This document shows, in pieces, positions 1 through 11,690 of a DNA stretch of 64,000 nt (positions are counted from its first letter, which is position 1; every line of letters begins with the position of its first letter). This DNA is from Leucoraja erinacea (Eukaryota). Made by a program: the position numbers and the translations under genes. The notes under the pieces are model-generated. The model was not told the DNA's origin and ran no database searches. It worked only from the letters and a program-made list of their open reading frames with translations. Location: positions 62,001 through 126,000 of the forward strand of contig NW_026575814.1 of assembly GCF_028641065.1 (NCBI RefSeq). Direction: 5' to 3'.

Positions 1-665
1 TAAAGAAAGCGAATGGTATGTTAGCTTTCATTGCAAAAGGATTTGAGTATAGGAGCAGAGGGGTTCTACTGCAGTTGTACAGGGTCTTGGTGAGACCACA
101 CCTGGAGTATTGCATACAGTTTTGGTCTCCAAATCTGAGGAAGGACATTATTGCCATAGAGGGAGTGGAGAGTCTGTTCACCAGACTGATTCCTGGGATG
201 TCAGGACTGTCTTATGAAGAAAGACTGGATAGACTTGGTTTATACTCTCTAGAATTTAGAAGATTGAGAGGGGATCTTATAGAAACTTACAAAATTCTTA
301 AGGGGTTGGACAGGCTAGATGCAGGAAGATTGTTCCCGATGTTAGGGAAGTCCAGGACAAGGGGTCACAGCTTAAGGATAAGGGGGAAATCCTTTAAAAC
401 CGAGATGAGAAGAACTTTTTTTCACGCAGAGAGTGGTGAATCTCGGGAACTCTCTGCCACAGAGGGTAGTTGAGGCCAGTTCATTGGCTATATTTAAGAG
501 GGAGTTAGATGTTGCCCTTGTGGCTAAGGGGATCAGGGGGTATGGAGAGAAGGCAGGTACGGGATACTGAGTTGGATGATCAGCCATGATCATATTGAAT
601 GGCGGTGCAGGCTCGAAGGGCCGAATGGCCTACTCCTGCACCTAATTTCTATGTTTCTATGTTTC
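1..665 (+). mobile_element. CR1-clade LINE family A (HER1-like), 3' fragment
   Basis: ORF2 C-terminus LYRVLVRPHLEYC..RRLRGDLIETYK, 3' stem-loop, (TTTCTATG)n tail. Confidence 0.9.
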
Positions 666-1304
666 ACATTAAGTGTTGGAATAACTCAGCGGGTCAGGCA
701 GCATCTCCCGGGGAACATGGATATGATCAGCCATGATCATATTGAATGGCGGTGCAGGCTCGAAGGGCCGAATGGCCTACTCCTGCACCTATTTTCCAAT
801 GTTTATATGTTTCTATGATAGGCGACATGGAATTCTCTGCCTCAGAGGGCGGTGGAGGCAGGTTCTCTGGATGCTTTCAAGAGAGAGCTCGATAGGGCTC
901 TTAAAAATAGTGGAGTCAGGGGATATGGGAAGGAGGCAGGAACGGGGTACTGATTGGGGATGATCAGCCATGATCACATTAAATGGCGGTGCTGGCTCGA
1001 AGGGCCAAATGGCCTACTCCTGCACCTATTGTCTATTGACGTTTTGGATAGGGGCACCTTTTCAGTCTGAGGATGGATCCCAACCATGAACTTCGTCTAG
1101 CGTCTGAAGAAGGGACTCAACCCAAAACATCGTCTTTCCTTGTTCTCCAGAGATGCTGCCTGACCCATTCAGTTATCCAATACTTTGTCATTTTTTTTTG
1201 TAAACCAGAATCTGCAGTTCTTTTTTTGTAAACCAGCATGCGCAGTTCTTCTGTAGTAAATGCCCCTATAGATGAAAGTCAAAAGCCTTCTTCACCACCG
1301 TGAA

Positions 1305-2405
1305 AACCGTGGTAACTCAGTAGATAGGCAGCAGTAGATAGGCAGCATCTCTGTAGAGAAGGAATGGGTGACCTTTTGGGTCTAGACCCTTCTTCAGACG
1401 AGTCCCTGGAAAGGGAAACGAGAGATCTAGACAATGATGTAGAGAGATATGGAACAAATGAACAAAAGATACGCAACAAAGTAACAATCATGTACAATTT
1501 TAACATTACATCCCAGCTTCTATACTTTATAAATCAGAGCATTGAGTATAGAAGCTGGGATGTAATGTTAAAATTGTACAAGGCATTGGTGAGACCAAAT
1601 CTGGAGTATGGTGTACAATTTTGGTCGCCCAATTATAGGAAGGATGTCAACAAAATAGAGAAAGTACAGAGGAGATTTACTAGAATGTTGCCTGGGTTTC
1701 AACAACAAAGTTACAGAGATAGGTTGAATAAGTTAGGTCTTTATTCTCTGGAGCGCAGAAGGTTAAGGGGGGACCTGATAGAGGTCTTTAAAATGATGAG
1801 AGGGATAGACAGAGTTGATGTGGACAAGCTTTTCCCTTTGAGAATAGGGAAGATTCAAACAAGAGGACATGACTTCAGAATTAAGGGACAGAAGTTTAGG
1901 GGTAATATGAGGGGGAACTTCTTTACGCAGAGAGTGGTGGCTGTGTGGAATGAGCTCCCAGTGGAAGTGGTGGAGGCAGGTTCATTGGTATCATTTAAAA
2001 ATAAATTGGATGGGCATATGGATGAGAAGGGAATAGAGGGTTATGGTATGAGTGCAGGCAGGTGGGACTAAGGGGAAACAAAAATTTGTTCGGCATGGAC
2101 TTGTAGGGCCGAGATGGCCTGTTTCCGTGCTGCAATTGTTATATGGTTATATGGTTAATCATCAAGGAAACAGGCCATTGTTAGCTCTTTGCTGGGTGAA
2201 AACGAGAAGCTGGTGCAACTTGGGTGGGGGAGGGATGAGAGAGAGGGAATGCCGGGGTTACTTGAAGTTATATAAATCAATATTCATACTAGGGTATGAA
2301 TGTCACCCGATCCTTCTCTCCAGAGATCCTGCCTGTCTCGCTGAGTTACTCCAGCTTTTTGTGTCTATCTTCGGTTTAAACGAGCACCTACAGTTCCGTC
2401 CTACA
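1305..2405 (-). mobile_element. Penelope-like element 3'/pLTR remnant, interrupted by CR1-B at 1491-2156
   Basis: Hammerhead-type terminus at ~1370-1400. ORF end MNIDLYNFK* on the - strand near 2258-2290. Inverted tail at ~2300-2405. Confidence 0.6.
1491..2156 (+). mobile_element. CR1 family B1 3' fragment with 5' fold-back
   Basis: ORF ..MLKLYKALVRPNLEY..GRWD, (TATATGGT)n tail. Confidence 0.9.
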
Positions 2406-2690
2406 TATGACAACCTCTGATGCCACTTTCAGGGAACTGTATATCCGTTCTCTTAGTTCCCTGTGCTCTACCACTCTCCTCAGGGTCCTACAGTGTGAAA
2501 GTGCTGCCCTTGTTTGACTTCTCAAAATGCAAGTCTGCGTTCTTGTCTGAATTAAACTCCATTTGCCATTCCTCGGCCCGCCTGCCCAGCTGATTAGGAT
2601 CACACTGTAATTCTTGATAACCAAAAGATTATTTTTTTAAAATGCAATAGGAAACTGAGGGGCAACTTTTTTACACAAGGGGTGGTTGGC

Positions 2691-3500
2691 ATATAACCAT
2701 ATAACCATATAACCATATAACAATTACAGCACGGAAACAGGCCATCTCGGCCCTACAAGTCCATGCCGAACACATTTTTTTTCCCCTTAGTCCCACCTGC
2801 CTGCACTCGTACCATAACCCTCCATTCCCTTCTCATCCATATGCCTATCCAATTTATTTTTAAATGATACCAATGAACCTGCCTCCACCACTTCCACTGG
2901 GAGCTCATTCCACACTGCTACCACTCTCTGCGTAAAGAAGTTCCCCCTCATATTACCCCTAAACTTCTGTCCCTTAATTCTGAAGTCATGTCCTCTTGTT
3001 TGAATCTTCCCTATTCTCAAAGGGAAAAGCTTGTCCACATCAACTCTGTCTATCCCTCTCATCATTTTAAAGACCTCTATCAGGTCCCCCCTTAACCTTC
3101 TGCGCTCCAGAGAATAAAGACCTAACTTATTCAACCTATCTCTGTAACTTAGTTGTTGAAACCCAGGCAACATTCTAGTAAATCTCCTCTGTACTCTCTC
3201 TATTTTGTTGACATCCTTCCTATAATTGGGCGACCAAAATTGTACACCATACTCCAGATTTGGTCTCACCAATGCCTTGTACAATTTTAACATTACATCC
3301 CAGCTTCTATACTCAATGCTCTGATTTATAAAGGCTAGCATACCAAAAGCTTTCTTTACCACCCTATCTATATGAGATTCCACCTTCAAGGAACTATGCA
3401 CGGTATACCCAGATCCCTCTGTTCAACTGTATTCTTCAATTCCCTACCATTTACCATGTACGTCCTATTTTGATTTGTCCTGCCAAGGTGTAGCACCTCA
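2691..3500 (-). mobile_element. CR1 family B1 3' fragment
   Basis: ORF 2787-3401 and tail. Confidence 0.9.
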
Positions 3501-3894
3501 TGGTACCTATGGTACGAGCTGCTGGTGGACGTAGTTGAGGCAGGTACTATCACAATGTTTAACAAACATTTAGACAGGCACATGACTAGGACAGGTTTAG
3601 AGGGATATGGGCCAAATGCAGACAGGTGGGACTAGTGTGATGGGGTGGGTTGGTCTGCATAGGGAAATTCGGCTGATGGGCCTGTTTCCACATTATATGA
3701 GTCTCTGACTCTAATCATCTTCCCTCTCTACAATACAACTACGTTAGTGTCATCTGCAAACTTACTAGCCATGACTTGTACATTCTCATCCAATTTATAG
3801 GAAGGAACTGCAGATGCTGGTTTAAACTGAAGATAGACACAAAATGCCTCGCTGCAGGACAGGCAACATCTCTGGATAGACAATAAACAAAAAA

Positions 3895-4248
3895 AATAGA
3901 CAATAGACAATAGCCATTCGGCCCTTCAAGCCAATACCGCCATTCAATGTGATCATGGCTGATCATCCCCAATCAGTACCCCGTTCCTGCCTTCTCCTCA
4001 TATCCCCTGACTCCGCTAATTTTAAGAGCCCTATCTAGCTCTCTCTTGAAAGCATGCAGAGAACCTGCCTCCACCGCCTTCTGAGGCAGAGAATTCCACA
4101 GACTCACCACTCTCTGTGAGAAAAAAGTGTTTCTTCATCTCCGTTCTAAATGGCTTACCCCTTATTCCTAAACCATGGCCCCTGGTTCTGGACTCCCCCA
4201 ACATCGGGAGCATGCTTCCAGCATCTAACGTGTCCAAACCCTTAACAA
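3895..4248 (-). mobile_element. Older CR1 (A-related) 3' fragment
   Basis: KGLDTLDAG..SRTRGH motif, (ATTGTCT)n tail. A related copy lies at ~826-1038 (+). Confidence 0.75.
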
Positions 4249-4832
4249 TAGAAGGAATGTGTGATGTTTCGGGTCGAGATCCTTCTTCAGACTCAACCCA
4301 AAACGTCACCCATTCCTTCTCTCCAGAGATGCTGCCTGTCCCGCTGGGTTACTCCACCATTATATGTCTACATTTTCATCCAAGTCGTTAATAGAGATCA
4401 ACATCGGCAATGGGTTCAGCGCGGATCCCTGATGCGTACCACTGGTCACGGGCTCCAGTCCAAACAAGCCAACCTTACATCATCTTCAGATGCTTCCTAC
4501 CATCAAGCTTGTGGTGTATCCAGAGAGAGGGAGAGAGGCCAGGAGGGTGGGATTTAGTTTAGTGTAGACATACAGCAAGGAAACAGACCCAGGCTGACCA
4601 TCTATTCACATATTCACAGTAGTTCTATGTTATGTAATATTCTCATTCACTCGCTGCATACCAGGGACAATTTACAGAGGGGTAATTGACCTACAAACCA
4701 GCACGTTTTTCTTGGGATGTGGGAGGAAAGCGGGAGAACCGGAGGAAAGCCACGCGGTCACATGGAGAATGTGCCACTCCACACACAGACAGCACCAGAG
4801 GTCAGGATCGAACCTGTGTCTCTGGTGCTGTG

Positions 4833-5541
4833 ATAACCATATAACCATGTAACAATTACAGCACGGAAACAGGCCATCTCGACCCTTCTAGTCCGTGCCG
4901 AACACATAATCTTCCCTAGTCCCATATACCTGCGCTCAGACCTTAACCCTCCATTCCCTTCCCATCCATATAACTATCCAATTTATTTTTAAATGATAAA
5001 AACGAACCTGCCTCCACCACCTTCACTGGAAGCTCATTCCACACAGCTACCACTCTCTGAGTAAAGAAGTTCCCCCTCATGTTACCTCTAAACTTCAGTC
5101 CCTTAATTCTCATGTCATGTCCCCTTGTTTGAATCTTCCCTACTCTCAGTGGGAAAAGCTTTTCCACGTCAACTCTGTCTATCCCTCTCATCATTTTAAA
5201 AACCTCTATCAAGTCCCCCCTTAACCTTCTGCGCTCCAAAGAATAAAGCCCTAACTTGTTCAACCTTTCCCTGTAACTTAGTTGCTGAAACCCAGGCAAC
5301 ATTCTAGTAAATCTCCTCTGTACTCTCTCTATTTTGTTGACATCCTTCCTATAATTAGGCGACCAAAATTGTACACCATACTCCAGAATTGGCCTCACAA
5401 TGCCTTGTACAATTTTAACATTACATCCCAACTTCTATACTCAATGCTCTGATTTATAAAGGCCAGCACACCAAAAGCTTTCTTTACCACCCTATCTACA
5501 TGAGATTCCACTTTCAGGGAACTGTGCACAGTTATTCCCAG
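4833..5541 (-). mobile_element. CR1 family B2 3' fragment
   Basis: ORF 4943-5431, B2 variants (VEKLFPLRVGK). Confidence 0.9.
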
Positions 5542-5769
5542 ATGCAGCAGCTCGACTCGCTGCTCCACTGTGGTGCCACTGCGGCCTTTGCCCACACCCA
5601 TCCACCAACCAACCCCACTGCCCCGTTTCACCTGTATCCACCCATCACTTGCTCGGCTTTGTCCCGAAGGCGGGATTGAACCTGGGTCTCTGCTGCTGTG
5701 GGGCAGCAACTCTACCAGTTTCGCCACTGTGCCGCCTCTGGGTAAGAGACGCTGGGTAAGGGTTGGGTA

Positions 5770-6372
5770 CATAGAAACATAGAAACATAGAAATTAGGTG
5801 CAGGAGTAGGCCATTCGGCCCTTCGAGCCTCCACCGCCATTCAATATGATCATGGCTGATCATCCAACTCAGTATCCCGTACCTGCCTTCTCTCCATACC
5901 CCCTGATCCCCTTAGCCACAAGGGCCACATCTAACTCCCTCTTATATATAGCCAATGAACTGGCCTCAACTACCCTCTGTGGCAGAGAGTTCCAGAGATT
6001 CACCTCTCTCTGTGTGAAAAAAGTTCTTCTCATCTCGGTTTTAAAGGATTTCCCCCTTATCCTTAAGCTGTGACCCCTGGTCCTGGACTTCCCTAACATC
6101 GGGAACAATCTTCCTGCATCTAGCCTGTCCAACCCTTTAAGAATTTTGTAAGTTTCTATAAGATCCCCTCTCAATCTCCTAAATTCTAGAGAGTACAAAC
6201 CAAGTCTATCCAGTCTTTCTTCATAAGACAGTCCTGACATCCCAGGAATCAGTCTGGTGAACCGTCTCTGCACTCCCTCTATGGCAATAATGTCCTTCCT
6301 CAGATTTGGAGACCAAAACTGTACGCAATACTCCAGGTGTGGTCTCACCAAGACCCTGTACAACTGCAGTAG
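5770..6372 (-). mobile_element. CR1 family A 3' fragment
   Basis: ORF 5869-6363 and tail. Confidence 0.9.
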
Positions 6373-6427
6373 GTGCTGACTGATAGTTCTTGTCTGCTGA
6401 TATTACAATGACTTCTTGTTTAACCAG

Positions 6428-6559
6428 ACCAAGGTGGCCGTGTTCCCATATGGCTAGTGATCCCGGCTATCCTGCTGCTTCTGTGCACACTGGGGGTTGT
6501 TTTCTACTTGTGGAAGAATGGTTCGGGAGTGGTGAAAGGCTGCTGCTCTTTTGACAAGG
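6428..6559 (+). CDS. Host gene A: transmembrane exon of a type I membrane protein (x-QGGRVPIWLVIPAILLLLCTLGVVFYLWKNGSGVVKGCCSFDK-G)
   Basis: Unique island between repeats. Acceptor ttcttgtttaaccag|, donor AAGG|gtaaga, 132 bp, phase 1/1, open frame. About 21-aa hydrophobic helix followed by WK stop-transfer. Confidence 0.85.
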
Positions 6560-6627
6560 GTAAGACCGCATTGTATGATCTGTTTTGCATGCGACAGCCG
6601 CTCGCATTTGTTAACCTCAAGCACTTG

Positions 6628-7835
6628 GTTTAGTTTAGACACACACCAAGGTAACAGGCCCTTCGGCCCACCAAGTCCATGCTGACCATCGATCACCCAT
6701 TCATACTAGGTGTATGTTATCCCATTTCTCATCTACTCCCTACACACTAGGGATAGGTATGTTACAAAACCTACCTGAATCGTCATTGGGAATCTGCCCA
6801 CAGCCAGGTCCGCGATTTTGGCGCTGTTTGGAGGGGGCGGGTTTAAAACGCGATTTTTACTAGGCTGTACTAATCGCAGATGTTCAGCCTAGTAAATCAT
6901 TAACGAAAAATCGCTGCAAGACCCGGTCGCAAAAGGTATTATTAGTTTTATAGGCCTCGATAATATAGTTATAATAGTTTTAAAATTACTCTCTCATTCC
7001 GCAACCTCTCGCAGCCCCAGGGTTTTATAAAGCAAACAATTAAAGGTATGTACCTTATTTTTACATTAAATGGGGCATATATATATAACCCTGTATATCA
7101 AGTTATCTATAGCGAGTAGTTCATTTTGGGCTTTTTATATCCCGCAGTATTTTTCTCGGCATTTGAGGGCACTAATCCAGCGCGATGTCAACGTTCTAAA
7201 CCAGCGCGTTCCACATGAACCCACTAGAAAGCCGATTTAAATGGGCATTTATTTACAGCAATTGAACACTAAATTCCTTCCATTTGGCCTATAAATTAAT
7301 GTAAATTAGATATAAAAATCATGTTATATTGTGAATTATTTGTGAATAATCTTTGGACACTTAGGCTATTTAAAAATGTTAATCTTTCCTTAAGAAATGG
7401 GCTTTTGACTATCCAAGATCACAGCTTTTTTGTAATGTCCATTGAAAATCAATAGAGAAACAAGATGCTAATTTCCGAGTATGAAAATGGCCATAACATT
7501 TTTAATACTTGAGATATGAAAGTGAATTTGGTGTCAAATTAAACTTATTGTTATGCTTTATCTGATGGGATAAATTGCAGACTTGATTTTTAAAATCTCA
7601 AAATGTTGTAACATTGCTACTAGGGAGGGGGGGGAATTTACAGAGGGACAGTTAACCTGCAGTTCCGCACATCTTTGGGAAGTGGGAGGAAACCGGAGCA
7701 CACAGAGCAAACCCATGCGGTCATAGGGAGAACATGCAAACTCGGCACACACAGACTGCACCCGTGGTCAGGATCGAACCCGTGTCTCTGGCACGGTGAG
7801 ACAGCAGCTCTACCCGCTGCACCACTGTGCTGCCC
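6628..7835 (-). mobile_element. tRNA-derived V-SINE (HE1-like), split by the DNA transposon
   Basis: A/B-box head at ~7765-7835, V-domain, CR1-like 3' tail at ~6628-6700. Confidence 0.75.
6754..7619. mobile_element. Non-autonomous TIR DNA transposon inserted in a V-SINE
   Basis: Imperfect TIRs TAGGTATGTTACAA / TTGTAACATTGCTA. Direct repeat CTAGGGA at 6747-6753 and 7620-7626. Confidence 0.8.
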
Positions 7836-7909
7836 CAGCACAAAGTAAAACAAATATTCTTAAATACACTGAAAAGTAAACGACTATATTACAATCCTTG
7901 TCAAGGATG

Positions 7910-8742
7910 CATTCCCTATGCTACAGTGCAGCGCTCCCTCTGTTCCCTATGCTACAGTGCAGCATTCCCTCTGTTCGCTATGCATCAGTGCAGCATTCCC
8001 TCTGTTCCCTATGCATCAGTGCAGCACTCCCTCTGTTCCCTATGCATCAGTGCAGCACTCCCTCTGTTCCCTATGCATCAGTGCAGCACTCCCTCCGTTC
8101 CCTATGCATCAGTGCAGCACTCCCTCTGTTCCCTATGCTACAGTGCAGCGCTCCCTCTGTTCCCTATGCATCAGTGCAGCGCTCCCTCTGTTCCCTATGC
8201 TACAGTGCAGCGCTCCCTCTGTTCCCTATGCATCAGTGCAGCACTCCCTCTGTTCCCTATGCATCAGTGCAGCGTTCCCTCTGTTCCCTATGCATCAGTG
8301 CAGCACTCCCTCAGTTCCCTATGCATCAGTGCAGCACTCCCTCTGTTCCCTATGCTACAGTGCAGCACTCCCTCTGTTCCCTATGCATCAGTGCAGTGCT
8401 CCCTCTGTTCCCTATGCATCCGTGCAGCGCTCCCTCTGTTCCCTATGCTACAGTGCAGCGCTCCCAGTTCCCTATGCATCAGTGCAGCACTCCCTCAGTT
8501 CCCTATGCTACAGTGCAGCACTCCCTCTGTTCCCTATGCTACAGTGCAGCGCTCCCTCTGTTCCCTATGCATCCGTGCAGCGCTCCCTCTGTTCCCTATG
8601 CTACAGTGCAGCGCTCCCAGTTCCCTATGCATCAGTGCAGCACTCCCTCTGTTCCCTATGCATCAGTGCAGCACTCCCTCCGTTCCCTATGCAGCAGTGC
8701 AGCGCTCCCTCTGTTCCTTATGCTACAGTGCAGCGTTCCCTC
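7910..8742. repeat. 31-bp minisatellite (TGCAGCACTCCCTCTGTTCCCTATGCATCAG)n, about 27 copies
   Basis: Direct tandem units. Explains the three overlapping stop-free ORFs at 7827-8809. Confidence 0.95.
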
Positions 8743-8797
8743 TCTCCAATATCTCCAGCTGCGCTCTAATCTCAAGGAAGAATTGTCCCAGAATATG

Positions 8798-9347
8798 ATA
8801 GAAATTTAGAAATTAGGTGCAGGAGTAGGCCATTCGGCCCTTCGAGCCTGCACCGCCACTCAATATGATCATGGCTGATCATCCAACTCAGTATCCCTGT
8901 ACCTGCCTTCTCTCCATACCCTCTGATCCCTTTAGCCACAAGGGCCACATCTAACCTCTTAAATATAGCCAATGAACTGGCCTCGACTACCCTCTGTGGC
9001 AGAGAGTTCCAGAGATTCCCCACTCTCTGTGTGAAAAAAGTTCTTCTCATCTCGGTTTTAAAGGATTTCCCCCTTATCCTTAAGCTGTGACCCCTTGTCC
9101 TGGACTTCCCCAACATCGGGAGCAATCTTCCTGCATCTAGCCTGTCCAACCCCTTAAGAATTTTGTAAGTTTCTATAAGGTCCCCCCCTCAATCTCCTAA
9201 ATTCTAGAGAGTATAAACCAAGTCTATCCAGTCTTTCTTCATAAGACAGTCCTGCCATCCCAGGAATCAGTCTGGTGAACCTTCTCTGCGCTCCCTCTAT
9301 GGCAATAATGTCCTTCCTCAGATTTGGAGACCAAAACTGTACGCAAT
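8798..9347 (-). mobile_element. CR1 family A 3' fragment
   Basis: Near-identical to other A copies. Confidence 0.9.
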
Positions 9348-9437
9348 GTGTTTGTGTTCAGTTTGATGCGGAGCGGATGGCAGTGTTTCCGCAGTGACAT
9401 TTCTCAGCAGCTGACTTGTGCCTTTCCATTTGTTTAG

Positions 9438-9467
9438 GATCCAGTGAGATTAACTCTTCCTCATCAG
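9438..9467 (+). CDS. Host gene A: 30-bp cytoplasmic-tail exon (GSSEINSSSS-G)
   Basis: Acceptor cctttccatttgtttag|, consensus donor CAG|gtgagt, phase 1/1, in frame with flanking exons. Confidence 0.8.
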
Positions 9468-9649
9468 GTGAGTAACATTGTACGGGCTTGTTGGACTAGG
9501 GCAGTTGCTAAGTTCAGCTCCCGGCATGGATCACAATAATGGAACAGAGCACATAGAACAGTACAGCACATGAATGTGCCCTTCAACCCACAGTGTCTGT
9601 GCCCGAACATGATGCCATGACCATCACTTATCTGCCTGCCCATAATCCA

Positions 9650-10259
9650 TATACCATATAACCATATAACAATTACAGCACGGAAACAGGCCATCTCGGC
9701 CCTACAAGTCCATGCCGAACAAATTTTTTTCCCCTTAGTCCCACCTGCCTGCGCTCGTACCATAACCCTCCATTCCCTTCTCATCCATATGCCTATCCAA
9801 TTTATTTTTAAATGATACCAATGAACCTGCCTCCACCACTTCCACTGGAAGCTCATTCCACACCGCCACCACTCTCTGCGTAAAGAAGTTCCCCCTCATA
9901 TCACCCCTAAACTTCTGTCCCTTAATTCTGAAGTCATGTCCTCTTGTTTGAATCTTCCCTATTCTCAAAGGGAAAAGCTTGTCCACATCAACTCTGTCTA
10001 TCCCTCTCATCATTTTAAAGACCTCTATCAGGCCCCCCCTTAACCTTCTGCGCTCCAGAGAATAAAGACCTAACTTATTCAACCTATCTCTGTAACTTAG
10101 TTGTTGAAACCAAGGCAACATTCTAGTAAATCTTCTCTGTACTCTCTCTATTTTGTTGACATCATACCTATAATTGAGCGACCAAAATTGTACACCATAC
10201 TCCAGATTTGGTCTCACCAATGCCTTGTACAATTTTAACATTACATCCCAGCTTCTATA
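9650..10259 (-). mobile_element. CR1 family B1 3' fragment
   Basis: ORF 9735-10241. Confidence 0.9.
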
Positions 10260-10684
10260 GCGAGGAAGGGTCCTTATGAGGAAGGGTCCCGACGTTGCTG
10301 ATCTATTTCCCAGGCAACATTCTGGTAAATCTACATATCCATAACCAATATCCCTCCATTCCTATTGTATCCATATACCTATCCAAAAACCTTTGAAATG
10401 CCACTTTCCTATCTGCTTTAACCACCTTGGCCGTTCGTTCCAGGCAGTCACCCCCCCTTGTGTGAGGTGGGTTGAGGGGAGGGTGGGGAATGTGGTGGTG
10501 GGGAGGGAGAAGGACGTGGGACGGTGTTTAGTTTTGGGATACAGCATGGAAACTGACTCTTCAGCCCACCGGGTCCACACCAGCCATCGTGCACATGTTC
10601 GCTAGTTCAGCGTTACCCCACTTTTGCACCCACCCCCTGACACCAGGGTCAATTAACCTACAGGATGTGGGAGGAAACCAGGAC

Positions 10685-11243
10685 ATAGAAACATAGAAAC
10701 ATAGAAATTAGGTGCAGGAGTAGGCCATTCGGCCCTTTGAGCCTGCACCGCCATTTAATATGATCATGGCTGATCATCCAACTCAGTATCCCGTACCTGC
10801 CTTCTCTCCATACCCTCTGATCCCCTTGGCCACAAGGGCCACATCTAACTCCCTCTTAAATATAGCCAATGAACTGTGGCCTCAACTATCCTCTGTGGCA
10901 GAGAGTTCCAGAGATTCACCACTCTCTGTGTGAAAAAAGTTCTCATCTCGGTTTTAAAGAATTCCCCCTTATCCTTAAGCTGTGACCCCTTGTCCTGGAC
11001 TTCCCCAACATCGGGAACAATCTGCCTGCATCTAGCCTGTCCAACCCCTTAAGAATTTTGTACGTTTCTATAAGATCCCCCCTCTCAATCTCCTAAATTC
11101 TAGAGAGTATAAACCAAGTCTATCCAGTCTTTCTTCATAAGACAGTCCTGCCATCCCAGGGATCAGTCTGGTGAACCTTCTCTGCGCTCCCTCTATGCCA
11201 ATAATGTCCTTCCTCAGATTTGGAGACCAAAACTGTACGCAAT
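10685..11243 (-). mobile_element. CR1 family A 3' fragment nested in a V-SINE (~10527-11395)
   Basis: A-family sequence with SINE halves on both sides. Confidence 0.9.
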
Positions 11244-11451
11244 GTGTTTGTGTTCAGTTTGATGCGGAGCCGATGGCAGTGCTCTGGTCGCAGGGAGAAC
11301 GTGCAAACTCCACACACGCAGCACCCGAGGTCAGGATGGAACCTGGGTCTCTGTCACTGTGAGGGAGCAGGTCCACCCACTGCGCCAACTGTGCTGTCTG
11401 ATCATACATCTTCCCTGGAATTTCCACTCACCTTGTTACTCTCTATCTTAG

Positions 11452-11554
11452 GTTCCACCAGCAGTCAGTCTTTGCAGAAGGATGTAACAGCAGGAGGAGT
11501 TGACAGGAACGAGAAAGAGAAAATGCTTCCCAAGTCCGACTCCCCAATCATGAG
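11452..11554 (+). CDS. Host gene A: cytoplasmic-tail exon (GSTSSQSLQKDVTAGGVDRNEKEKMLPKSDSPIM..); read-through alternative ends at TGA 11571-11573 (..RSDCPV*)
   Basis: Strong acceptor ttactctctatcttag|, phase 1, open frame. Candidate donor ATGAG|gtctga is weaker, so the 3' end is uncertain. Confidence 0.7.
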
Positions 11555-11566
11555 GTCTGACTGCCC

Positions 11567-11661
11567 AGTCTGAAGAAGGGTCTCGACCCCGAAACGTCAC
11601 CCATTCCTTCTCTCCAGAGATGCTGCCTGCCCCGCTGAGTTACTCCAGCATTTTGTGTCTA
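11567..11661 (+). mobile_element. Penelope-derived terminal repeat with minimal hammerhead motif
   Basis: CTGAAGA-A-GGGTCTCGACCCC-GAAA-CGTC followed by the conserved gatgctgcctg..ctgagttactccagc tail. Confidence 0.7.
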
Positions 11662-11690
11662 TCCCCAATCATGGACCCTGTTCGAGTGGA

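Noticed and set aside
7827-8809. Three long Cys/Ser/Pro-rich ORFs, or a CRISPR-like array
   Set aside because: Product of a stop-free 31-bp tandem repeat. There are no unique spacers, no cas genes, and the context is eukaryotic.
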